In this document: in pieces, positions 56,301-63,572 of the stretch
Layout of the letters: each line of letters begins with the position of its first letter
Numbering within the stretch: position 1 is the first letter of the stretch
Assembly (NCBI GenBank): GCA_031400975.1
Contig: JANNQX010000168.1
Span: 591 to 64,590, forward strand
Source: Gemmatimonadota bacterium
GTDB taxonomy: Bacteria; Gemmatimonadota; Gemmatimonadetes; Gemmatimonadales; GWC2-71-9
Direction of reading: 5' to 3'
Length of the DNA stretch: 64,000 nt
Made by a program: the position numbers and the translations under genes
Notes under the pieces: model-generated
The model's input: the letters and a program-made list of their open reading frames with translations, nothing else
What the model was told of the DNA's origin: nothing
Database searches by the model: none

Positions 56301-56650
56301 GCACTCGTCAGTTCAATCGGGAGTTCCGGGCCCGCCGCCAGGCGGCCGAAAGTCTTCGCGCCGACCTGAAGGCCATGGGGCAGGAGACGGGGGACCTCGA
56401 CCAGCTGCTGAATCGATTCCGCGAGCTCGATAAGCAACAGACCTTCGGCGATCCCCGCGGCCTCGATCGGCTCGAAACCGATCTGATCGAAGGCCTGAAG
56501 GAGTTCGAGTTTTCGTTGTGGCGGAAGTTCGGCGACGACTCCGGGCAACGGCCCGCCGCCGGTGCGTCCGCTCGGGTACCCCCGCAGTTCCGCGAACAGG
56601 TGGAGGAGTACTATCGTTCTCTGGCTCGAGACCGGCCCGTCAAACCCTGA
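53324..56650 (+). CDS. large membrane-anchored DUF4175-like protein with three poly-Gly tracts and Gln/Arg/Glu-rich coiled coils
   Basis: The GTG at 53324 overlaps the preceding stop (GTGA); the track start is 53276. There are N-terminal TM helices and a beta-rich ectodomain. After DIYFFEVRPFDK come three G7-9 runs, embedded in ERQRQ/AEEAARQLEKLARE-type heptads. Confidence 0.6.
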   Translation: MTEHESIRAALGDVRRRWRVRLALEGLVPVVAVVAAMLAIWLLLWPVAEGRPLLINVARGVVGLGLVGGLLVLVRRWVGSRPSVDQVALYVEEREPALRQSLLSALTAGDSEGAAPGLVARVATMARQGLARIDDGRYLEQARIRRAGRVVGAITLGSAALLALGPGWFRVAAATLVNPWRPVPVAPSFLVGVEPGNAEVPRGGGIDIRAVLNGFTSEAAELVFRSDSAGEWQRLPMSRDTAAGRFTTRLFEVAEKTEYFVEATGIRSQAFTLSVVDLPAVAAASATVRFPRYTGLAAETIEPAGDLAVLKGSDVLLRVTLTRPAKAAWLVVEGRAPMPMASSSSGGYSASFRVTGDAFWRIDLEAPDGRRTTGLQYTIDALEDALPTVRFTAPGRDTKVSAIEEVAAQIEASDDFGVRRLALHVSVNAGPERVIPLTDSSVKALTSVSAVHTFFLEEWSLVPGDLVSYFAEALDAVGQTAKSDIYFFEVRPFDKTYREGEQGGGGGGGGGQQNAEGLSERQRQIVVGTFNVLRDSAGQAASFREDVTALTIGEGQLRENVLELSNQMRQRKLVAVDSTFDQIAAALDSARGELQRAEELLGRQKPREALTPAQKALQHLQRAEAAYREVQIQRGQGGGGGGGGAQREAEDLADLFELETDKLKNQYESVKREDGQQAERQLDETAERLKRLANRQQQENERMQRAADAMRNRQPQGSGGGGGGGQTQRQLADEAEEAARQLEKLARERNDGRMDDAARRLREAAEEMRRAASANPEGGAARGNEALERLRSATGALDRARTESRQQEIRGLQERARELAERQKQAAEQATDQPSAPDQQADWQKSLGVRKDGLARDVDRLEADADRLSREAAREQPKAARKLAEAAEGLRTNRVRDKLVFSKNLAQRGSPEYVRSFEQQITENLSAAAEQLGQAAGSLEQSGEGRQTKALERTRDLVRGLESLKERARAAQRAQGQPNGTPSPVEGQANNDGTRQFNREFRARRQAAESLRADLKAMGQETGDLDQLLNRFRELDKQQTFGDPRGLDRLETDLIEGLKEFEFSLWRKFGDDSGQRPAAGASARVPPQFREQVEEYYRSLARDRPVKP

Positions 56651-56668
56651 GGCCCGAAGGAACCGACT

Positions 56669-57190
56669 GTGCGACGATCATGGAGTCTGGGAGTCGGGTC
56701 CGCCACCCTGCTGGTCGCCCAGCTCGGATGCAAACCGCCGAGTCAAGCCGCCCCGACCGAAACCACAGTCGTCGGGGGCGCCGACCAAGTACTGACCGGC
56801 GTCACCACCAATCTCGCGGTCGACGGCCGCCGTAAGAACTATGTCGTCGCCGACTCGGCCTTCCTATTCCAGGAAGCCCAGCGGATGGAGTTCGCCCGGA
56901 TTCGGGTTACCATTTTTGACGCGGAAGGCCAACCGGCCGCCACCCTGAGTTCCAGGCGAGCCGTCTATACGATCGGCAATCGGTTCCTTGATGCCCGCGG
57001 CGACGTCCTGGTCGTGACCCCGCGCGGCGATACCCTGCGGAGCGCCCGGGTGACCTACGACAACGACCGCCGCCAGTTCGGAGGCGATTCAGCCTTCGTG
57101 TTCACAGGCAAGGCCGGACTGGTCAGCGGCAAGGGTTTCACCGCGGACGATGGCCTCCGCAACGTCGCGGCGGGCCGGAAGCGCCCGTAG
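56669..57190 (+). CDS. LptC/OstA-fold-like lipoprotein
   Basis: 173 aa with lipobox VAQLGC. The beta-jellyroll-like repeat pattern resembles LptC. Weak, motif-free call. Confidence 0.4.
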   Translation: MRRSWSLGVGSATLLVAQLGCKPPSQAAPTETTVVGGADQVLTGVTTNLAVDGRRKNYVVADSAFLFQEAQRMEFARIRVTIFDAEGQPAATLSSRRAVYTIGNRFLDARGDVLVVTPRGDTLRSARVTYDNDRRQFGGDSAFVFTGKAGLVSGKGFTADDGLRNVAAGRKRP

Positions 57191-57196
57191 CCCGGC

Positions 57197-57709
57197 TTGG
57201 CGCCAACGACGGCGGTAATCCGGCCCGCTACACCCTCCGATGTCGAGTCGGTGCTGGCGTTGTTTCCGCGCCTGGCCGACTTCCCGATTCCACCCGAACG
57301 ACGCCCGGAAGATCTCTGGCAGGGTGACGCCGAGCTGCTCCGGCGGTGGGGTGGCGGCGGGGCTCCCCAGTGTGTGGTGTTGGTGGCCGTCAATACCGCC
57401 CAAGCGATCGTCGGGGTCGCGCTGACCCAGTTGCGGGAGGAGTTGATCAGTCACGAGCCCAGCGCCCATCTGGAAGTCTTGGTGGTTCGGGCCGATGCCG
57501 AGGGCCAGGGGATCGGTCAGCGCCTGATTGAGGAAACCGAACGAGCGGTCGGCGCGTTGGGCGCGGCCAGCCTGACCCTCCATGTTTTTGCGACAAACAT
57601 CCGGGCGCGGGCCGTGTACGAGCGGCTCGGGTTCGGGGGTGAACTGATTCGGTACATCAAGTGGCTCGATCAACCGTCGCGGTCGGCGTCGCACCGTCAT
57701 TCGAGGTGA
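57197..57709 (+). CDS. GNAT-family N-acetyltransferase
   Basis: TTG start. VRADAEGQGIGQRLIEE and RAVYERLGF. Confidence 0.8.
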   Translation: MAPTTAVIRPATPSDVESVLALFPRLADFPIPPERRPEDLWQGDAELLRRWGGGGAPQCVVLVAVNTAQAIVGVALTQLREELISHEPSAHLEVLVVRADAEGQGIGQRLIEETERAVGALGAASLTLHVFATNIRARAVYERLGFGGELIRYIKWLDQPSRSASHRHSR

Positions 57710-57746
57710 TTCCGGAAGCTGCCATCGGCGCCTTCCCACGGCGTTG

Positions 57747-59738
57747 TCAGCGTGCCCTCGTCAGTACCTCGGCGAGGATCGGTTCCAAGCGCTGGGCTCC
57801 GCGGACGCTGAGATGATCCCCATCGGTGTAGAGCGCCCAGCCGTCTTGCTCGATCGCGCAGGTGGCTTGGTCGCACAGCACTTCGTGCGGAAACACGAGT
57901 CGGACTTGGTTTTCCGCGGCGATCCGCCGAAGGACTCCGAAAGCAACCGCCTGACGGGCCAAGAAGTCATCCAACCGTGGTGCGATTTCCACCGGCGAGC
58001 CTGAGCGCGATCGCTGGGCCAGAGCGGTCGGGACCCGAATCCCGACATCTGGAATGCTCGCGACGATCGCGACCTCGAGCCGTCGGGATCGGAGCGCGGC
58101 TAGGGTGGCCCGGAGCATCGGTTCGAAGGCGGCGGCATTGTCGAGCATCCGCTGGGTTGGTGCCAATCGATTCTCGGCCGGGTACGGTTCTCCCTCTGCA
58201 TAGAATCCCCACCGAGCGTGGAGCACGACCGACCGGATCGACCGGGCATCGATCAACGCGAGGACGGAATCGGTAAAGGCAGCGCAGGACTCATGGTCGC
58301 GATCGTAAGGCGTTAGGCGAATCAACGGGGGACAGGCGTTCCGGGTCACCAAGAGCCCGGTGCGTCGGCCGGCGACGGCGGCTTGTTCCATCGCCGGAGC
58401 GATCGCCCCGGCGTGCGAGTCACCCCACAGCATGAAGGTTTCCTCGGCGGCCGGCCCGCCAATCCGACAAGGCCGGTCGATGCATTCCGACCGCCGAGCC
58501 CAGACGTCGTTCTTTCCCCCAAGAAAGCGCATGGTCTCGGGACCGAAGCGACCGGGCAATCCGCCTGTGGTCGTTGTCAGCAGGCCAAAGGCGCCCAAGG
58601 CCAACGAGCCGATCAGAGCGCCGGCGAACACGGCCGACCGGCTTCCGATCCCTCGCGGACCGCGAAACGGGCGCTCGACGAAACGCCAGGATAGGATCGC
58701 GAGGGCGAACGAAGCCGTGATCGTCACCGTGGTCTCAAGACCGGTCATCGGCCGAATCACGAAGTACCGGACGAAGACGAGCAGAATCCAGTGCCAGAGA
58801 TAGAGTGAGTAGGAGATCAGTCCAACAAACACCAGCGGCGCGGCACTCAACGCCCGGCTCACCAGCGATGCCGCCCCCGCTCCGCTGTGGATCACGGCTG
58901 CGGCGCCCAAGACGGGAATGAGAGCGTGCCATCCAGGCAATGGCGTCGCGGAGTAGAACGCGATGACACTGTAGCCAATCGCCGCCAGCCCAACCAGGCC
59001 GAGCAGAGCGGCCCACCGCTGGTTCCGGATCTCCGGAATTACCCGAGTCGCCAGGAAACCGCCGACCAGCAGCTCCCAGAGACGGCCCGGCGCAAGGTAG
59101 AAGGCCCGGCCAGGGGAGGCGGTGGTCGACCAGAGACTCAGACCGAACGAAAGCACCAGCATCAATCCAATGGCCAGTGGGTAGCGTTGCCGTCCGTAGC
59201 GGCCGACCAGGATCAGAAACAGGGGGTAGGCAAGGTAGAACTGCTCCTCGACGCCCAGCGACCAGGTGTGGAGCAATGGTTTCGTTTCCGCCGGTTGGTC
59301 GAAGTATCCAGTCTGCCCGGCGAAAAGAACGTTGGAGGAAAAGACTAACGCGGCCATGAGACTGCCGCCGAATGCCATGGCATCGTCCGGCAGCAGGAGT
59401 CGATAGGCCCCGATCGATGCCACCAGCAGGACGACGAAGAGAGCGGGAAGAATCCGGCGGATCCGCCGTTCGTAGAAACCGGCCGGAGAGAACCCACCCG
59501 TCTCCAGCTCAGCCAGAATCAAGGTGCTGATGAGGTACCCGGAAATGACAAAGAACACGTCGACCCCGACGAAGCCGCCGGACCATGAGGCAACTTGGGC
59601 GTGGAACAACACAACCGGCAGGACGGCGACGGCCCGGAGGCCGTCGATATCAGGTCGGTGGGCTCCCGGGGTGCGGGTGGGCGCGGGCATCGTGCGGTCC
59701 TCGAATCGAAGCCCCAATGTACGCGGGGGGGCCGCCAC
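57747..59738 (-). CDS. acyltransferase-3 (OafA/YrhL-like) membrane protein with C-terminal SGNH domain
   Basis: RPDIDGLRAVAVLPVVLFHA, about 10 TM helices, then a soluble C-terminal domain. The likely start is the internal ATG at 59690. Confidence 0.85.
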   Translation of the reverse strand: MAAPPRTLGLRFEDRTMPAPTRTPGAHRPDIDGLRAVAVLPVVLFHAQVASWSGGFVGVDVFFVISGYLISTLILAELETGGFSPAGFYERRIRRILPALFVVLLVASIGAYRLLLPDDAMAFGGSLMAALVFSSNVLFAGQTGYFDQPAETKPLLHTWSLGVEEQFYLAYPLFLILVGRYGRQRYPLAIGLMLVLSFGLSLWSTTASPGRAFYLAPGRLWELLVGGFLATRVIPEIRNQRWAALLGLVGLAAIGYSVIAFYSATPLPGWHALIPVLGAAAVIHSGAGAASLVSRALSAAPLVFVGLISYSLYLWHWILLVFVRYFVIRPMTGLETTVTITASFALAILSWRFVERPFRGPRGIGSRSAVFAGALIGSLALGAFGLLTTTTGGLPGRFGPETMRFLGGKNDVWARRSECIDRPCRIGGPAAEETFMLWGDSHAGAIAPAMEQAAVAGRRTGLLVTRNACPPLIRLTPYDRDHESCAAFTDSVLALIDARSIRSVVLHARWGFYAEGEPYPAENRLAPTQRMLDNAAAFEPMLRATLAALRSRRLEVAIVASIPDVGIRVPTALAQRSRSGSPVEIAPRLDDFLARQAVAFGVLRRIAAENQVRLVFPHEVLCDQATCAIEQDGWALYTDGDHLSVRGAQRLEPILAEVLTRAR

Positions 59739-59754
59739 CGTGCGCCCGAACTGT

Positions 59755-60211
59755 CTACCGCCTGGCGGCCAGCGAATCGAGATCGACCGTCATGGCGTCG
59801 AGCGCCTGCTGGATAGTGGTGGCCGGTGCCGGGCCGACCCGGCCGCCAAGACAGCCGGCCAGGAACACTTCGGTTGCCCGATTGACCGCGAGCGAGGTTT
59901 CTTGGTTTCCAAAGCTATGGCTTTCATTGCTCGCCAGCAGATAGACGACTGGGATTCCGCGCCGATGGAGGGCCAAGACCATGGTGTCCGACTGTCGTTG
60001 CCCGGACCTTGACGTTGAGTTTGCCCTGGCGGGCTTCGAGGAACCCGAGCCATTGGCCGTCGGGCGAGATCTTTGGCAGCCCTGCAACCGGATTGCCGAA
60101 TAGTTGCTCTAATGGAATCAACGGCGGGTCGGCGGCTGGGCCTGGTCGTCGTTCGCAGGCCGTGATCAGGCCGGCAGCAAGGCCAAGGGTCTGGCGGGTC
60201 CGACACGACAT
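59755..60211 (-). pseudogene. internally deleted S9 (prolyl oligopeptidase/DPP) family peptidase relic
   Basis: ORF 59924..60211 encodes a lipoprotein signal plus an S9 N-terminus (IPLEQLFGNPVAGLPKISPDGQWLGFLEARQGKLNV). From about 60005 the reading switches to another frame (ORF 59755..60087). That frame carries only the S9 C-terminal end (QSDTMVLALHRRGIPVVYLLASNESHSFGNQETSLAVNRATEVFLAGCLGG). The propeller and most of the catalytic domain are missing. Confidence 0.7.
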
Positions 60212-63200
60212 GGGCGACTTTGAACATTACCTAGATATTCTAGGTAATGTTCAACGGTTCGGCAAGGCCCTAAGTTCTGCCTCTTCACCTCCAGGCCGGT
60301 GCCCCGTTTCCGTCCGTGTCCGATCGGCGCTGCCGATTCTCGCTGTCCTATTCGCCGGCCCGGTGCTTCACGCGCAGTCGTTTGCCACGACCGAAGGCAC
60401 CTGGCTTTCGGTCGACGTGAGCCCGAACGGCCGCACCATCATCTTCGACCTGCTTGGCGACATCTACACCATACCCGCCGCCGGCGGGCCGGCCTATCGG
60501 CTTCTTGGTGGCCGGTCCTTCGAATCACAACCCCGCTATTCGCCCGACGGGAGCCGGATCGTATATATCAGCGATCGGGACGGCGCCGACAACGTGTGGA
60601 TCGCCAATCACGACGGCTCCGCTCCGCAGCAGCTCTCCCACGAGCGAATCGTGACGATGTTTTCCCCGGAATGGATGCCGGACGGCAAATCGATCGTCGT
60701 ATCGGCCACCGATCGGGACGGGGTCGTCGAGGTGGCGCGCTACGCCCTCGAGGGCGGCCCGGCTACCAAGTTCGGCCAACGGAGCCGGACGCCGGCATCG
60801 CTCCTGGTTTCGGCCTCCTACCCTGGCGCCTATGGCCCAGTGCCGACGGCGGACGGCGGATCGCTCTACTACACCATGGTCGAACCGCGCCAGCACCGCT
60901 CAGTCGACGGTCCCCGAGCGTTCATCATCCGGCTCGACCTGGCCACTGGCAAGGAACACCGGGTCACCTTCCGGGCCACCAACGCGATGAAGCCGGTTCT
61001 TTCGCCCGATGGCCGGCTGTTCGTCTACGCGACCCAGCATGAAGGCACCACGGCGCTCCGGGTCCTCGAACTGGCCACCGGCACCGACCGGTGGCTCAGA
61101 TTTCCGCTTCAGCGCGACGAACTCGAAGCCCGGGCATCGCGCGACGTGTTGCCGAACTACAGCTTTACCCCCGACGGAGCCGCCCTCATCATCGGTTTCG
61201 GCGGCAAGATCCATCGGGTCACTGTCGCGACCGGCGCCGATGCCGTCATTCCGTTCTCAGTCGAGGTGTCGCTCGACTTCCCCAAACGGCTGGCGTTTCC
61301 GGGTCGAGTGCCCGACGGCCCGGTCCGGGCCCGGATTCTCCAGCATCCGACCCTGTCCCCGGACGGGCGTCGCCTGGCGTTCTCGGCCTTCGGCGAGATT
61401 TACCTTCAGGATCTGCCTAACGGCCGTCCTCGCCGATTGACAAGCACACCTTCGGCTCGCGAATTCGAGCCGGCCTGGTCGCCCGACGGTCAGTGGCTTG
61501 GTTTCGTGACCTGGACCGCTGCGGGCGGTGGGAAAATCTGGAAGGCTCGGGCCGACGGAACCGGACCGGCCGAACCGCTGACGAGCCAGCCGGCCTTTTA
61601 TACCCAGCCCGCATGGAGTCCCGACGGCTCCCGGATCGTCGCCCTCCGGACCTCGCGGCAATCGCGTTTGGCCGCGACCGGACCGATTCCGGGTCCGACG
61701 CCCGACGCCGAACTGATCTCGGTCCCGAGCGCCGGAGGACCGGTGACCCGGATCGTCGATGCCCAGGGCATGACGTGGCCCCATTTCAGCTCGGAGCCGG
61801 CTCGGATCTATGCCACTGCACCGGGCGAAGGCTTGGTTTCCTTTGGCCTCGATGGATCCGATCGACGATCCCATGTCCAGGTTGTGGCGGGACTTCGGAT
61901 TGGGCCGATGGTTCCGGCCGACCAGATCCGGATCAGTCCTGACGGCCGGGCGGCCCTGGCCTTGGTCAACGCTCAGCTCTATTGGGTCGAGTTGCCGGTG
62001 GCCCCGGCCGCTCCAGTTCGGATCGATGTCCGCGATCCGAACGGGTCCGCCGTTCGGCTGACCACGTTAGGCGCGGATGACTTTGGCTGGGCCGATGCCG
62101 GCCGTGCGGCGATGTGGAGCGTTGGGGCCTCGGTGGCGCGGCGGCCGGTCCCGGAGCGGGCGACTGATTCGCTTCGGCCGATGGCCGAGTTCGACGTGAC
62201 CGTTGAGAAGCCTCGCAGCGTCCCGGCCGGCAGTGTGGTGCTGCGGGGGGCCACGGTTATCACGATGGCTCGGCCCGAGCCGCTGGCCAATGCCGACGTC
62301 GTGGTCACCAACAACCGAATCGTTCAGGTGGGAAGCTGGGGTCAGGTGCCGCTGCCGACCGGTGCTCGGATTGTCGACGTGAAAGGCAAATTCATCATCC
62401 CTGGCTTGATCGACATCCATGCCCACTGGGATATCCGCCGCGGGGTTCTCGACACCGACAACTCGAGCGCATTGGCCAACCTGGCCTATGGTGTTACCAC
62501 GATTCGCGATCCCCAGTCGTTCTCGTCTGACATCTTTGCCTACGGCGATTTGGTGGAAACCGGCGACATGATCGGTCCCCGGATCTTTTCGACCGGCCGA
62601 GGGTTGTTCTTCTTGGATTTTCGATCGCTCGACGAGGTCCGGACCACCTTGACCAAATATCGGGACAAGTACCGAACCAACTTGATCAAGTCATACATGG
62701 TAGGCAACCGCGAACAGCGGGGATGGGTTGCAGAGGCCAGCCGGGAACTCGGCATGATGCCGACGACCGAAGGCGGGGCGGACTTCAAGATGGATCTGAC
62801 CCACGCCATGGACGGTTTCAGCGGCAACGAACACGCCCTGCCGACCGCGCCGATCTATGACGATGTGGTACAGTTGTTTGCCCGAACCGGGATCACCTAT
62901 ACGCCGACCCTTTTGGTGGCGTTTGGCGGCCCGTTTGCTCAGTTCGATTTCTTCAGCCGCGAGGACGTGTACGGCAATCCGAAACTTCGTCGGTTCATCC
63001 CGATCGACGTGCTCTATCCCCGGGCTTCCAAGCGGCTGGCCTGGAACCATGAGCTCGAGTATCACTATCCGGCCGTTGCCGCGGGCGCGGCGGCGATTCG
63101 GCGGGCCGGTGGTCATGTCGGACTAGGTGGTCACGGTGAGCTCGAGGGCCTTGGCAATCACTGGGAAATGTGGGCGCTGGCCAAGGGGGGCATGACGCCC

Positions 63201-63455
63201 GCCGAGGTGTTGCGAGTGGCGACGGTGAACGGAGCGGAGGCGATCGGGATGACTGCCGATTTGGGTAGCATCGAGGTGGGGAAGTTGGCTGATCTCGTTG
63301 TGTTGGATCAGAATCCGCTCAGCAACATCCGCAATACCACCTCGATTCGATACGTCATGAAGAACGGATTTCTCTACCGGGGTGAGACGCTGGACCAGAT
63401 CTGGCCGAACCTCGTTCCGTTTCCTGCGCGGTGGTGGGCGACTGAGCGGCCATAG
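60210..63455 (+). CDS. PD40/TolB-like beta-propeller fused to a C-terminal amidohydrolase domain (secreted)
   Basis: PD40 repeats (YSPDGSRIVYISDRDGADNVWI, WSPDGQWLGFV, WSPDGSRIVAL). Amidohydrolase PGLIDIHAHWD ... ADLVVLDQNPL. Signal peptide RVRSALPILAVLFAGPVLHAQS. The start is uncertain: ATG 60210 is the only canonical in-frame start upstream of the signal peptide. The track start 60009 is antisense to the relic. Confidence 0.8.
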   Translation: MGDFEHYLDILGNVQRFGKALSSASSPPGRCPVSVRVRSALPILAVLFAGPVLHAQSFATTEGTWLSVDVSPNGRTIIFDLLGDIYTIPAAGGPAYRLLGGRSFESQPRYSPDGSRIVYISDRDGADNVWIANHDGSAPQQLSHERIVTMFSPEWMPDGKSIVVSATDRDGVVEVARYALEGGPATKFGQRSRTPASLLVSASYPGAYGPVPTADGGSLYYTMVEPRQHRSVDGPRAFIIRLDLATGKEHRVTFRATNAMKPVLSPDGRLFVYATQHEGTTALRVLELATGTDRWLRFPLQRDELEARASRDVLPNYSFTPDGAALIIGFGGKIHRVTVATGADAVIPFSVEVSLDFPKRLAFPGRVPDGPVRARILQHPTLSPDGRRLAFSAFGEIYLQDLPNGRPRRLTSTPSAREFEPAWSPDGQWLGFVTWTAAGGGKIWKARADGTGPAEPLTSQPAFYTQPAWSPDGSRIVALRTSRQSRLAATGPIPGPTPDAELISVPSAGGPVTRIVDAQGMTWPHFSSEPARIYATAPGEGLVSFGLDGSDRRSHVQVVAGLRIGPMVPADQIRISPDGRAALALVNAQLYWVELPVAPAAPVRIDVRDPNGSAVRLTTLGADDFGWADAGRAAMWSVGASVARRPVPERATDSLRPMAEFDVTVEKPRSVPAGSVVLRGATVITMARPEPLANADVVVTNNRIVQVGSWGQVPLPTGARIVDVKGKFIIPGLIDIHAHWDIRRGVLDTDNSSALANLAYGVTTIRDPQSFSSDIFAYGDLVETGDMIGPRIFSTGRGLFFLDFRSLDEVRTTLTKYRDKYRTNLIKSYMVGNREQRGWVAEASRELGMMPTTEGGADFKMDLTHAMDGFSGNEHALPTAPIYDDVVQLFARTGITYTPTLLVAFGGPFAQFDFFSREDVYGNPKLRRFIPIDVLYPRASKRLAWNHELEYHYPAVAAGAAAIRRAGGHVGLGGHGELEGLGNHWEMWALAKGGMTPAEVLRVATVNGAEAIGMTADLGSIEVGKLADLVVLDQNPLSNIRNTTSIRYVMKNGFLYRGETLDQIWPNLVPFPARWWATERP
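60220..60254. repeat. perfect 16-bp inverted repeat with 3-nt spacer (AT-rich palindrome)
   Basis: TTGAACATTACCTAGA-tat-TCTAGGTAATGTTCAA. It lies between the back-to-back ATGs at 60209-60212 and the signal peptide of the PD40-amidohydrolase gene. Local G+C is far below the window norm. Confidence 0.9.
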
Positions 63456-63572
63456 CCCCGGTCGATTGGATCGGTGGGCCAGGCGTTTTTTTGACTATGA
63501 CTGGATTTTCTGGATCCAGCGCCGCCGTCGAATGGATTGATATTCGCTGGGTCCCCAGCGGCCCGGGTTGTC
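63456..63572. promoter_or_regulatory. intI upstream region with four TGGAT(Y) repeats and small palindromes
   Basis: TGGAT at 63467, 63502, 63511 and 63533. CTGGAT-tttctgg-ATCCAG and CGAAT-ggattgat-ATTCG inverted repeats. T7 run at 63486-63492. Function unassigned. Confidence 0.3.

Noticed and set aside
60220-60254. Palindrome as a bona fide integron attC site
   Set aside because: The arms end in GAAC/GTTC, close to the R''/R' cores. However, the element is only 35 bp and perfectly symmetric, lacks extrahelical bases, and flanks the 5' end of a co-oriented 3.2-kb gene. It is kept only as a low-probability alternative in the findings.
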